Assembly: GCA_022605425.2 (NCBI GenBank)
Contig: JAKIMF020000004.1
Span: forward strand, 248,001 to 312,000
Length of the DNA: 64,000 nt
Origin: Hamiltosporidium tvaerminnensis FI-OER-3-3
Lineage: Eukaryota; Fungi; Microsporidia
Direction of reading: 5' to 3'
In this document: piece after piece, positions 36,998 through 53,030 of the stretch
How the letters are laid out: each line of letters begins with the position of its first letter
Position numbering within the stretch: the first letter of the stretch is position 1
Notes under the pieces: model-generated
Database searches by the model: none
What the model was told of the DNA's origin: nothing
What the model saw: only the letters and a program-made list of their open reading frames with translations
Program-made: the position numbers and the translations under genes

Positions 36998-37370
36998 AAA
37001 TATAACTTAAATTAAAAATTATTATCCATTATTAGTAAATATAAGTTACCTTAATAATTATTATCAAATATTATTTTTTATTGGTAAATATAACTTAAAT
37101 TAAAAATTATTAGTAATTATTAGTAAATATAAGTTACCTTAATAATTATTATCAAATATTATTTTTTATTGGTAAATATAACTTAAATTAAAAATTATTA
37201 GTAATTATTAGTAAATATAAGTTACCTTAATAATTATTATCAAATATTATTTTTTATTGGTAAATATAACTTAAATTAAAAATTATTAGTAATTATTAGT
37301 AAATTATACTTTTATTATCAATTATTAGTAATTATTAGTAAATATAAGTTACCTTAATAATTATTATAAA
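36998..37370. repeat. 88-bp tandem repeat upstream of tricalbin
   Basis: aaatataacttaaattaaaaatt at 36998, 37086, 37174 and 37262. Confidence 0.93.
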
Positions 37371-37613
37371 ATATAAGTAAATAAATACCAAATACCTTTT
37401 ATTCATTAAATTATAAATTTAAGTTTAATAAATATTTTATTTTACACTTTATTTTACATTTTCTTTTTCTTTTTTAACATTTTCTTCTTCTTTTTGAAAT
37501 CTTATGTTTCTTAAAGTAAATTATTCTATTTGAAATGGGGAGTAGAATATTTTATTGATATTTATATCTTTAACACTATGTTCTTGTTACTTTATTTTTC
37601 TAAAAATGTAATG

Positions 37614-37910
37614 GTATTTCTTGTATTTATTGTATTTCTTGTATTTCTTGTATTTCTTGTATTTCTTGTATTTCTTGTATTTCTAGTATTTCTAGTATTT
37701 CTAGTATTTCTAGTATTTCTAGTATTTCTTGTATTTCTTGTATTTCTTGTATTTCTTGTATTTCTTGTATTTCTTGTATTTATTGTATTTCTTGTATTTC
37801 TTGTATTTCTTGTATTTATTGTATTTCTTGTATTTCTTGTATTTCTTGTATTTCTTGTATTTATTGTATTTCTTGTATTTCTTGTGTTTCTTGTATTTCT
37901 TGTATTTCTT
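37614..37910. repeat. 9-bp minisatellite (GTATTTCTT)n, ~33 units
   Basis: Direct reading, with CTA and ATT variants. Confidence 0.97.
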
Positions 37911-38949
37911 CTCTTTGTAATGACAAAAAAATGATGTTTTTTTTAGCTTTTTTGTATATCTAGTCTTGACTTAAGTTTTAGGTTGGAAATAAAAATATAT
38001 GTTTTTTATTGTTTTCTTGGTTACTTCTTACTCAATGTATGTTTCTATATTACAGGTATTAATGGTCTTTTAGATATTTCTTTGTCTTTTTTCAAAATAT
38101 CTCCAGGTTATCTAATATAATATTATATTTGTACTTGAAACCTAATTAATTGTCCTTCGTTTTATATCGTAAAACATTTTTGTTTATAAAACAGATTTAT
38201 TTAATAAAAAAACGGATACAATGAACCATTTTTATTTTAATACTATTGCAATATTTCATAGGAATATTTGGTATTAAATTACTGTATATATAAAGAAAAT
38301 AATAAAATAAATTACGTGTTTAATGATACAAAAAAAGATATTTATCTGTTCTTTAGTTGGTAAAAAAAGTAGTGCACAGAAAACCAATATGATTTTACAT
38401 AGCTTGATTTTCCGCTCACTACAATAAAGGAACTTTTTTTGTAAATATTTTTAAATTTGAAAAATAATATATTTGGTTGTGGTTTATGTATACCTTTTTG
38501 GTTGATAATATAAGAAAATTAAATTTATTGTTCATTTTTTTAGTTTTCTTGTTTTGTTTCATTCTTTTTGTTAGTTGATAAACTAAGAAAATTAAATTGC
38601 TTGTTCATAATTTTGGTTTTCTTGTTTTATTTCTTTTGTTTATCGGTTTTATACCTTTTCTTTATTTTTGATATTTTTCTGCTTTTTGAGTCAATACTTA
38701 GAGTTTGGTAATTCTATTTTGTCTTTGAGCTCATTAATTCAGTTGTTAAATTCTTAAATTGCATAACACTTTATTTTAAAGTATTTATGTAGATTAAATT
38801 CTATGTTTCGGGCCATTTTAGTCTATTATTTGTATCATTAGATGCTCTTCTTTGCTCTAAATGGTGTTTGGATTGGTTTATATTCTCTTTTTGTTGGTAA
38901 AGAAATATATTATGAAAAGCTTTTGGTATTAAATCTACATAGATTGTTC

Positions 38950-41770
38950 TTTATTTATATATTCATCTAATCAGGTGGTAGGTAACCTTTTTTTCTTTAG
39001 ATATTAACAGTATCCATGTGATCATTGGATTTAAAATTTATAAAATCTCTCGATTCATAAGCCAAAAAGTCGTATTTCTTGAGTCGATTGTTTTGAAAAT
39101 AAAGAATTTATATCCAGGTAATTAATAATGTCAAGTTAGTATATTCTTGCTCTTATCTGATATAATATATCGGGCCAATAATTCCGAATTTGACATCTTT
39201 TAAGAATTTTAGATCATTCCCTTATTTCCGCGAAAGTATTTCAAGAAAACTTCACCTGGATGTCTTTTAATTCGTTTTTTAGATTCTAATTTAACTATTT
39301 TTAGAAAATTCTAGGTGTTAATTTTATTCTTTTTATTATGTCATCGTATGGTCATGTCTATACATTTTCTTGCAATGAGTTGCTAAACTCAAACCTTTTT
39401 GCCGGATATATTGTAATTTAAAATATATTTTTTACTCTCCAAAATACATTTATATGTTAGATATAACAGAATAATGTTATTTCACGTGCCTAATATTCTA
39501 TTTGCTAGTCTGCTTCAAATAACAAAAAACACACAAGCACATTTTTCTTACGTATGTACATTTTGATGAAGTTTTCATTTTTACATTTCGTTATATAATT
39601 TTGCAAATTGAGCCACTTTATATTTTATATTTTAGTTCTTCTTCAAACCCATTTTTTACTTTGAGGAAGACTTATATTTACGCAATACTGGTTAAATTAA
39701 GTTGTTCAGTTCCAAAATGCTACTCTTTCGGTCTATATCGGTACCTTCACCAGACAATCTAAAAGTTGACAAAGCATATGTTCGCTTCAAACTTAGCCTC
39801 ATAACGATCTATTAAGAAGGTATAATCACTTCTAAAATCCAATCGAAATGCAATTTATTTTTTATTAGTAAATCAATATTGCAGTTCTTAACCTCGATAT
39901 TTCAACCGGTTCAAGTCGAAGCACTCCTATAATATAATTGAAAAACTTTTTAGCGTGAAGATTGATTGTTGAAAGAAATTTCTGCATATTATTATCTTTC
40001 GTGAAAATGTCTCTATACTGTACCACACAATTGATCTGTTGTATTAAATCCAAATTACGTGTATTATTAACCCTAGAATTTTCTGTATTACGCAAATATT
40101 TATATATACAAGACTTTCTAGAAAACTAGCAGTATTTTATTTACACATATAAGCAGAATTAATCTTATGTTTATTTTTAAACATAAGTTTTTCATGAGCT
40201 TTTTAAGTTTGGCTTGTCACAGATCTAAGTATTTTAGAACTATCAAGTGCATGAAGCTCAAGATCATCAATGAAAATAAGATGGTTGGTAGTTTAGACTA
40301 CGATATTTCTATCTAAGGATTCTATTGTATACTTTTATTGAATTTTTAGCTCATAATACATGAACAACTTACAATATTTTTTGAAAAACTGATTCTTTGT
40401 AAATCTTTTATTGAATTTTTAGCTCATAATACATGAACAATGTACAATATTTTTTGACAGACTGATTCTTTATAAATGTTTCATCTCATTTGTTCTGATT
40501 TTCTAAGCTCTTATTTTATCGATTTTTTAGTTTGATGTAGTTTTCTTGATAATTTGCAGGAAACAATCAGCCAAATAAAGGTTTTCTATGCATTAAGTCA
40601 GATAAGCATGATCTATCGATAAAGTTTTTTTTACTAAATAATAATCTGGTGCTTGTTATTTTTTGAGATGTCTGTAAAGAGAAATGTGCTTCAAAGCTCG
40701 AATATTGGGTTTTTATACTTTATATGGATTTTAACCATTAACTTTTATTTTCATCTTCTAATCATACGACTTTCGTTACTCGCCTTGTCTTTAACTTATA
40801 GATATTTGACAAAAGGTAATGGTCCGTAAAAAGAATTTATTTGTGTAATTTCTCAGGAATAATACTTTATCATTCTTTATAACCAGACAGCTTTCGATGT
40901 TCCAACAGACATATAACTTCTCATAATCCCTAATGTTTATATGAAGAGTCAAAATATTTTTGATGAATAAATTATAAAAACCTTCAATACAGCTTTTTCT
41001 GTAGAAGTGCATTTTATAATACCAAGAAATTCATCAACCAAAAGAAATATAATCTGATGATTATCCAGAGGAGGATATTAAAACTCATCATTGATGGTCT
41101 TTTAAGCACATTTGTTCCAAATATAACTAAAACCTTATAATTTCATCACAGTAAGATAAATCTAGTATATGTCTCCCATGCCCCGACCAGAAAAATTTTT
41201 AAAGAAAATCTTAACATATAGTTATCTTTTCGAAACTGAGTCTTATTTTAAAACACAGTAATCCTAGTCATTTATAATATAGGATTTATTCTTCTTAAAA
41301 TAAACCTCAGAAATATATTTTACACCTTAAAATTAAATTTAACTTGCGTATAATTCTAGTATAAATTTTTATTTTCAAAACCCGGTCATTTTAAAAAAAT
41401 TACAAAGTATCTCTATAAGATCTTCGGAAACAAATTATTTGGTAATTTGCCTAAAATAATGACCTTGGTCTTCAAAGCGAAGTTCTGCTTCTCTTTCTGT
41501 CTTTGACTCAAATAAATATACACATCTTCTCTAGTTGACTCGAGTGCATTGTATTTTACATACATATTGACCAATAAATATATATTGTTCAGAATTTTCG
41601 TATTATTAGTACTTTTTTTTAGCTTTCTACTTCGAACAACCACTTTTCCAATTTCTTCTTTCAAAATTTCTTCACTTTTATTCAAAATTTTATTTTCAAA
41701 ATCTAAAATTTCACATTTTTTCCTGTCATAAAACACTCTAATGAGATATAAGCGTTCCCGACTCATTATT
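38950..41770 (-). mobile_element. Near full-length decayed RLE non-LTR retrotransposon
   Basis: Minus strand NHLIFIDDLEL (~40255-40290) and RLE-like DVK..WPDI (~39165-39200). The 41413-41766 ORF is probably its N-terminal part. Internal ~72-bp duplication at 40335-40470. Confidence 0.7.
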
Positions 41771-42419
41771 TATCATCTTTTAAATTAATTTCTCTTTAAA
41801 TCTCATAATTAACTACTTATCTAACACATTGAAACCTACATCACATCATAATTCTACACCTTAGTAATAATAAACCTTCTTATATTTATTTATATACATT
41901 TACCCAAAACCTTGTTTCCACCGCTAATATAATTCGTTTCCCTCTTTGGGTTACTTATTAAAAAATAAGTATAAAAGCACTATGATTAACCTTTAACTAT
42001 TCATAAATATCTAAAAAACAATAAATAGTCATAATCTTAAAATATATCACCAACAGAAACATAACCAAAACATAAAATAATATATTAAGATAAAGATAAA
42101 GATAAAGTATCAACTATAATTTTAAATTCTATTGACTCAATCAATAATAATTCTTTTTGTTTGTATGTAAGAAAAGTAAAATTATGGATTTTTCTTTGTT
42201 TGTATAAAAGAAAAGTAAAGTGATGGATTTTTCTTATATATTCCTTATAAATTTAAATTACAATTTAACTTTTTATTCTTATCATCAGTGTCTTATCAAC
42301 ATTTAAAATTTTTTTTAATTTCAATCCAAGTTTTTTTAAAAAGTCTAATAAGAACATATAAATCTTACTAAAAACCTATAAAAAAACCAAGAAAGAAAAA
42401 AATAAATTATAATAAACAT

Positions 42420-42725
42420 ATATATAAAAATAAAAATAATTAATAATAGTAATAGTAATAATAATAATAGTAATACTCATAGTAATAATAATAGTAATAT
42501 TAGAATAAGAACAATAGAATAAGAATTATAATAAACATATATCTAAATATAAGAATTATAGAATAATAAATAATAATAGTAAGAATTATAATAGAACAGT
42601 AGTAAGAACAATTAATAGAACAAAAGAAAAATAAGAACAACAAGAAAAATAACAATAACAGTAGTAAGAACAATAGTAAGAACAAAAGAACAATACAAGA
42701 AAAATAACAACAACAATTAATAAAA
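42420..42725. repeat. A-rich low-complexity tract downstream of CDC48
   Basis: AAT/AGT/AAGAAC iterations. Confidence 0.8.
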
Positions 42726-42753
42726 TATAGATCAATCATTCTTTATTACCTCC

Positions 42754-45165
<2,412 letters not shown>

Positions 45166-45167
45166 TT

Positions 45168-45680
45168 ACTGACCAGGTTTTCTTAATATTTTATAATGAT
45201 GTTGTTTTTTTAAAGAAATGATTTGTGAGTTTTTATTTAGGAGATTGTGTTTTTACTGACCAGGTTTTCTCAATATTTTATTAGAAATTATGTTTTTTTA
45301 AGAAATATTTACTCAAGTTTTATTTAGGAGATTGTGTTTTTACTGACCAGGTTTTCTCAATATTTTATTAGAAATTATGTTTTTTTAAGAAATATTTACT
45401 CAAGTTTTATTTAGGAGATTGTGTTTTTACTGACCAGGTTTTCTTAATATTTTATAATGATGTTGTTTTTTTAAGAAATATTTACTCAAGTTTTATTTAG
45501 GAGATTGTGTTTTTACTGACCAGGTTTTCTTAATATTTTATAATGATGTTGTTTTTTTAAGAAATATTTACTCAAGTTTTATTTAGGAGATTGTGTTTTT
45601 ACTGACCAGGTTTTCTTAATATTTTATAAGAAATTATGTTTTTTTAAGAAATATTTACTCAAGTTTTATTTAGGAGATTG
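45168..45680. repeat. 86-87-bp tandem repeat (6 units) in the CDC48 upstream region
   Basis: actgaccaggttttct at 45168, 45255, 45342, 45429, 45515 and 45601. Confidence 0.95.
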
Positions 45681-45929
45681 ATTATATTTTAAAATAATAT
45701 TTTATAAAGAACTATATATAATTATAGTATAAATATACAGACTATCAAGTAATTTAAAAAATATAATTTTATTTTATAAATCTTTGTAAAATAATTTGTA
45801 AATACAAAATTTTATTTAAAATGTAAAGAAAAAAGTTTAAATAATTTAAATTCATTGGTTAAACAATCTATGTATGTTTTTGGTATTATAATAGGTAAAT
45901 TTATTTTAAAAAAATATTATAATTTTTTT

Positions 45930-46160
45930 TTATTTAAAGATGTGTTTATTTAAAGATGTGTTTATTTAAAGAGATGTTTATATTTACAGATACGTTTATA
46001 TTTAAAGATATGTTTATTAAAAGATATGTTTATTAAAAGATATGTTTATATTTACAGATACGTTTATATTTAAAGATATGTTTATATTTACAGATACGTT
46101 TATATTTAAAGATACGTTTATATTTAAAGATACGTTTATATTTAAAGATATGTTTATATT
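45930..46160. repeat. 16-18-bp minisatellite (agata(c/t)gtttatattta)
   Basis: Direct reading. Confidence 0.9.
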
Positions 46161-46547
46161 AAGTTTAATTCTAAGATTTTATTAGATTCTTTTATCAAAT
46201 TATATTTACAGATTTGAAACAATTATTTTTTTTTTGTAGAAATACTTTCTTAATTTGAAATAATTATATTTGTTGTGAAAATACTTTCTTAATTTTTAAT
46301 AATTATATTTACAGATTTATGAGAATATCTTTGTATTTGATAGATTTTTAATATTAAGCTTCATTTTTCTTAGATAAATTTGAATATTTTTGTATTGGAA
46401 AGGTACAGATGGATACATCTTAGAATAATTTTTGTAAAAAAAAAGAAGAATATATAATAGAGTGTAAAGATTTTTAAAATACTAATTATTATTGGAATTT
46501 AATTATTTTTATTTATCTTATTTTTAAATTTATTTGTTGTAATGTAT

Positions 46548-46925
46548 TTTCTTGTATTTAAAATATTTAGAATTGAATATTTACTTTTAATAATTTAAAT
46601 TGTTTATCTAATTTTTAATATTAATTGAATTAAAATATATTTTCTTGTATTTAGAATATTTATAATTGAATATTTACTTTTAATAATTTAAATTGTTTAT
46701 CTTATTTTTAATATTACTTAAATTAAAGTATATTTTTCTTGTATTTAGAATATTTAGAATTCAATATTTACTTTTAATAATTTAAATTGTTTATCTAATT
46801 TTTAATATTAATTAAATTAAAATATATTTTCTTGTATTTAGAATATTTAGAATTGAATATTTACTTTTAATAATTTAAATTGTTTAGCTAATTTTTAATA
46901 TTAATTAAATTAAAATATATTTTTC
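46548..46925. repeat. ~93-bp tandem repeat (4 units)
   Basis: tttcttgtattta..gaatatttacttttaataatttaaattgttta repeated four times. Confidence 0.92.
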
Positions 46926-46981
46926 AATTGATAACCTATTTACTATAAATAATTTATTTTATAATTTTTATAAAAAATATT

Positions 46982-47798
46982 GCTAAGCCATGATTACACT
47001 AGACGGCATAATGAAGTGGTTAGATGCCTACACCTTCTCCTTCTAAATAGATATAAGTTTAAGTCTTCAAAACGAATAAGGAGCCACTCAGTTCAAGAAA
47101 TTCTTGATAATGAGTATGCAGAGATAAGAGTGGACACCAGAATTAAAACTGATGTTAAAATTCGGAATAACAGACCGGACATATTTATTTTAGATAAGAA
47201 GAAGAATAAGATAACACTCATTGAAGTAGGAATCACTTCCCAAGATTTACTTCAAATAGTTGAAACTGAAAAACTTAGGAAGTATGACCTGCTAGCCAAT
47301 GAGTTGGATTTTATTTATAGGTGTAGTGTTGAGATAATCCCTTATGTGATGACCTGGGACGGTATTGTGACAAAATACCATAAATCTCATCTTAAAAGAC
47401 TAGAAATACCCATGAATGTAGAGGCATACATTCAGTCTATAGTACTTAAGAAAACAGTCGAAACAATTTCCTTTGATCGACGAAGAGGACTTGAGTCAGG
47501 ACTAAATGCCGAAGAGAGCTGGGAGAGAGCGTCAATGGGTGTTATTATGAGATCAGAGATGCATGAGGAACCAATACCCCCTTTAAAAGAAGCGAAAAGA
47601 GAAGAAGATGGTGTTAAAATTTTAAAACCAAAAAATAATACACCCCTTATTTCACAAGGAGGAACCACTTTGGAGGAACCGACCAATAACATAAATGAAG
47701 AGTCGGATTTGGAAGAAGAGACAAAAGTGGTCAAAGAGGTAGAAGAAAACATGTAAAAATGGTAAAAAATATTTTAACCCAGAATTTTATTAAATAAA
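46982..47798 (+). mobile_element. 5'-truncated RLE non-LTR retrotransposon (R4/Dong-NeSL-like), open endonuclease frame, candidate 14-bp TSD
   Basis: HDYTRRHNEVV, NRPDI, IEVGIT and EKLRKYDLL match the RHN/PD/E/KxxKY motifs of the restriction-like endonuclease. No ATG start. TTATAAAAAATATT at 46968-46981 and 47799-47812. Confidence 0.9.
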
Positions 47799-48907
47799 TT
47801 ATAAAAAATATTTAGTAAATAGTATTTGTTAGGTGTATTGAAGATGTTTTATTATATTCTATTACATATGTGTGGTTTATATTTTTATTATAAGCTTTTA
47901 TAAAAAAATATTTAGTAAATAGTATTTGTTATATCTGTTTTTGTAAATATTATAAGACAGATATGTTTTAATAATTTATTTTTTAAATTAAAATTTCAAA
48001 GTCTATAATTAGTATTTTATACAGTTCATATGAATTATAAAATTATTTTGATCAAATATTTTTTATTTGAAATAAATGATGTTTTCAAATGGAATATTTG
48101 TTAGATATATTTAACGGAAACTTTATATTTTCTGAGTAAAACTAAAAAAGAAGTTTTAAATTGAAAATTATCTACTAAGTCTTATTTTTGGTTTTAATTT
48201 GATTATTTACAATATTTTATATATGTTTTGTTTGGCTATTCCTAAATAATTGATTATTTATAAATATATTGAGTCAATATTTTGTTTTCGGTTTTTTTAT
48301 CTAAGTTTATATTTTGATAATTTTGGTGTTTATTTGCCTCGAGAACATCTTTATTCCATTGCATGTATCACTATTAAATATTTTTGCTTTTTGTGTATTT
48401 CTACTCTATATAGTATCAAGTGAAGAGTTTTCATATGTCTCATAAGTATTTGATCATAAAGTTAATAACATTTTTGAGCAAAAGAAAAAGTATTAAATTA
48501 TTCTTAGGCTCCATTGAAGCGTGCATACCTCGCTTCTTATGTGTAGAGGGGTCACATATATTGTGTTTTAAGATATTTAGTTACAATATAAGTATTTTTT
48601 AAATTATCTCAACACATCACTTTTAAATAAGATATATCTATCAGATAAGAAGTCGAAGTTCTTTGGTTAATCGATACTAGGATTTGAAGCAACGTATATG
48701 AAGTAATTTAGACTTAAAATAAGCGTAATAATATAAAATTTATGATAAATTGCATTTATCAAATCTATTGTTTTAAGTTAAATATTGAAATTAATAAAGC
48801 GTAAATTCTGATATAAAAATATTGTTTGTGAGGAATTGTAAGACAGAAGTACTGCTACTTTGTTTTGTAGCCTCGAATAAATATTGTTTAGTGGTAACAA
48901 AATAAAG

Positions 48908-49320
48908 GCGGGAGGCGAATAACCACATTAAAAACTATCTTCTTGACGATAAGTGTGTGATATTGGTGTGAAAATCTTTATTGATATTTTTATGTGATTT
49001 AAACCACACTTGGTCCATGGATCAACCCTTTATATGCATGCGTTATATAAGATTAAAAGAATCAAATAAAAATTAAAGAACTTTTTCGAAAACCAAGACT
49101 AGGTTGGGGAAATCTGGTCATAATTTATGTAATTAAAAGCAAAAGGGGTTTCAGGAAACATGGAAGAACTTATAAATGATGGATTGGATTGACACAAAAA
49201 ACCGCCATTGTGTAAAAGAGGAATAGTCCCAGAGATTCAGAAAATTGACTTTCGAAATAATAATCCCGAATTTCATCTATTTATCCTCGACACTGAAAGG
49301 TATAAAAGGCTGGAATAGGT
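48908..49320 (+). repeat. Repeat sharing the ~110-bp head of the 710-bp element, different body
   Basis: gaataaccacattaaaaact..ggtgtgaaaatc..aaaccacacttggtccat aligns with 30822-30935, then diverges. Confidence 0.65.
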
Positions 49321-50982
49321 AATGATGTACGGTCTATATCAACTCACTTAATTATATCATCAAAACTGCCATGCCAACTATTCTTAATACAGAGTTTCTA
49401 TAAGATATACAGTCTTGCAAAAACTAATTAGGTTTTATCAGGCTCTTTCTGTTTCTGATATAAATTGTTAGTTTAGATATAGCAAAGCACTGATGAATTA
49501 TATAGATTTTTGTTGGATTTCTATTGGCATTCGGAGAACTTCAAATACAGAGTATATCTCATTTCTGGTTTCTATATAATTTTCATCAAGGATTTTTTTC
49601 GATGCTGTATGATATTTTACTTTATTTAGTTTTTCTGATATTTCTATGGTGGGTTATTAGTCTCATTTTCAACTATAAAAAGATTTTTGTGTTACATTTA
49701 CAAATCCAGACTTATATTTTAGGATTATTGCTTTTCTCGTTGATATTTCTTTTTAGGTAATTTAAGGGTACAACATATCAGTAATAAAGATATACTATTA
49801 AATTACTAATAGTAAAATTACCTAGAATGTTCTATAAATATTTAAAATATACATATCTCTTGATCTATTTAATATGTTCGTTTTTAATTGCATATTTCTG
49901 ATATTTCTGATAAATGTATTTTTTTCATTTTTTTATATTTTAAAAACGACAGAATATTTATTTAGTGTTCTACTTTTCTAAAAAATTTATTCTATGACTT
50001 AGTTTGATGTACTTATTCCAAAATCAAAACTAAACAATTAATTTCAACTATTTTTTTGGAAAAATTTTGATTTAATAAATTTTTTAGTATTAATAATATC
50101 CAGAAAAATAGTGAACATAAATTTTATGACAAATGTATGTAAAATGCAATGTAAAGGTATAGTTTTACTACAGGAAACTTTTTAAACAATTTTCCAGGCT
50201 TAAAAATATCATTTTTTTGGCTAAAAGTATAAATCTTTTTATGTATCAATATGTGAATTCTGATACTATGGATTTATACAGAGTTTATATTTTATAAAAA
50301 CTTCTAATAGTTCATTTTTATATAAATTTTAAAGATTTGTAAGTTATATTAATATTAAATCATTTTATTTATCGTTTTTAATGTTTAACTAGAATTATAT
50401 ATTATTTCAATGTATTTACACTAAAAAAATTACTGTTATACGTATTTTTATCTTTATTTGAGATTATATAATTGTTTTTTTTCTATAAATGTATTAATAT
50501 AAATATCTTGTTTTGATTTTTTTTATCGCATGGCTAAAAATTTGTTTTCATATATTTTTTTCTAGGTTTGCTTTCTCTTAAGAAATTATCTATTTTGGTT
50601 TATAGAATGATTGTTGTTTAAAATAAATATTAATAAAGAATGTAATCTTGTTTAAATGTTTTACGTTTATAATTTTAATCATTGGTGTATATTTTGTATT
50701 AAGAAATTAAGTCTTTCTAAGAAAAATTAATTAAATTAAAAACTTTGTTAAGGTATAATACTCTAAAATTTAAAATTATTTGTATTTTTGAATGAAAGCT
50801 GTAAGAAATTTAAGATTTGCTTTAAAAATTACATTTAAGAGATATTTACAATCGATAATATTTATAATTAAAGAACACTACAAAATAGTTTTAATATGAA
50901 TGAAATAAAATCTTAAAAGAAAAGCTTCGAATTACGATAATGTGTTTGTAAAAACTTACATTTTTCTTAATATGAACTAATT

Positions 50983-51841
50983 TTAATTAAATTTCAGTTC
51001 TTCAAATGCACTTTTATTGCCGTAACTCTCATATGCACATTTTCTTAGTCTAAATCTGCAATCAAGTATTGTGAAAAATATGATAAAAAAAATGTTAATT
51101 AAATAAACTATCTTGGCTAATGAAATATAACTAATTAGAAAAAATAACTTACTGATTATACATGATGTATGTAATACGTAATTTCCAAAATACTAAAAAT
51201 ATTTCTATTGTCCAGATTCCAATCGACATTAAGTTTACAAAAACTGGATGGTTTTTTTCAAAAATATGACTGAAAAACTCAATTTTTATGATAAAAAGTG
51301 AATAATAAGATATTATTTGTGGTTTTGATTTGAAATAATAAACAAGAAAATTTGTGTTGTGCAAATATGACAAGTTTCTTAATGTTTTTAAGTTTTTATG
51401 AACAATATAGCTTTTAAGAAATGTGTAACATGCTCCAAGTCTTTTATAGTATGCCCAATATATATGTGCTTTTATATCTTTATAGGTGAAAAAAATGTAA
51501 AATATTTTCCCGAAATGAAGAAATAAATCAATCACTACATTTGTATGACAGGCAAAATACTTCAAAAGAATGGCCAAAGAAATATAAATCAAAGGAAAAA
51601 TTGCGCAAAACATATATTCAACAGACGTACTATACATAGAATTTATCACAAAACATATTTCCATCATTTGAGCCAACATTATTCCATAAACATATGTCCA
51701 TAAATCTGGTAAATCTACATCTTTTGGAATTATTTGTATATGTCTTTGTTGATAGTAAAGAAAAAAAGCTTGATAAAAAATCATAGACAGTGAAAAAATA
51801 GAATAAAACAAAATAAACCTAGATCGTTGTTTAAAATTCAT
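50983..51841 (-). CDS. Multi-pass membrane protein, two exons (51841-51153, 51130-50983), 278 aa
   Basis: Removing the 22-nt intron skips the stop and opens 49 more codons with an extra TM helix. W..YK.LGA motif recalls fungal UPF0658-type proteins (unverified). Confidence 0.8.
51131..51152 (-). other. 22-nt spliceosomal intron
   Basis: GTAAGTTATTTTTTCTAATTAG: canonical donor, CTAAT branch point adjacent to TAG. Splicing restores the frame. Confidence 0.85.
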
Positions 51842-52841
51842 TACTTTTAGGTTTTTTTGTAAATTTAAATTCGTATTGTTTACTGATTAATTAAATTGAT
51901 AAATATTTTTTTTATAATTCATCCATTTACAGAAAAAAATTGTTCTTCTGCTTTGAAACGAGTGTGCTCTGATATTCAGGAATATATAATTTAAATTTTC
52001 ATTGCATCTCTTCAATATATGATTATTTTACAAATAATTTTATATTTTATTCTCTTCTAATTATTTACTATTCAATTTAATCATAAAAATCACCTTCTAA
52101 ACCTAATATATCATAAAAATTAGGTAATTCGATTGAGTAAAATTTTATCCTTCTTAGCTTTATACAAATATAAGATTAATTTTTAGAAAAATATTTTTAC
52201 TTTCTCAAGATTCAAAAATATATTAGTCAAGTAATAAATAATAATTTACTAATCTTATAACATAAACTTTAAGCAAAAAAATAGTTTTGATTCAAAAGAA
52301 GAACTTCTTTCATCCTAATCAGAAATAAATACAATAAATAGATTCTTTTATACAATAATTTGGAATTTAAGTCTTCAAATTGAAATATACTACATAATAG
52401 ACCTTATAAGTTACGGATATTCTACTTATGACTTATCTAATAATCAAATAAAAGTACTTTGAAACTCAACTAAACTTCACCAAAAAATATTAACATTATT
52501 TAAATTTTAAATCGATTCTAATGTCTATATTATTAACCAAATTAGCTATAAATAGAATAAATTAAATTAGGGATTTAAAATATTTTTATTAGATTATAAA
52601 ATTCTCATTAAGTAAAATTTAAAAGAAGTGTTCTTCTGTATTAGGAAATTTCTAAATGTAACTTTAAATTTCCAAAAAAAATATAAAATAAAATTTATTG
52701 CTTTTTGGAAGATTCAATCTATAAATACTATTTTACTTTTAATTATGACCAATGATTTCAATTAAATGTAATCTAAGAAATTATTTTGAAAAAAATTAAA
52801 AATACAAAAATAATTTAATTTGTACAAACTAATGTTGATTA

Positions 52842-53030
52842 GAGGGAGAATAACCAGTTTAAAAGCAATCTATTTGTGAATAAATGTGTAAAAGTTTAGA
52901 ATCATTAGCTGAATTTTTGGTAAGATTTATTAAACCACATTATATCTATGGGCTAATCTCCTATAGTTCGGAATTATATCAGATCAAAAGAATTCCTAAG
53001 AAAAATAAAAAACTGCTTCAAAAATAAACT
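52842..53030 (+). repeat. Diverged partial copy of the head-sharing repeat
   Basis: gagggagaataaccag..taaaccaca..atgg..agatcaaaagaat parallels 48908-49080. Confidence 0.5.

Noticed and set aside
37530-37934. (FLV)n and (YFL)n ORFs
   Set aside because: Translations of the 9-bp minisatellite with no independent coding evidence.
45168-45680. CRISPR-like regular spacing of actgaccagg repeats
   Set aside because: The intervening sequences are themselves repeated rather than unique spacers. The context is eukaryotic and there are no cas genes.
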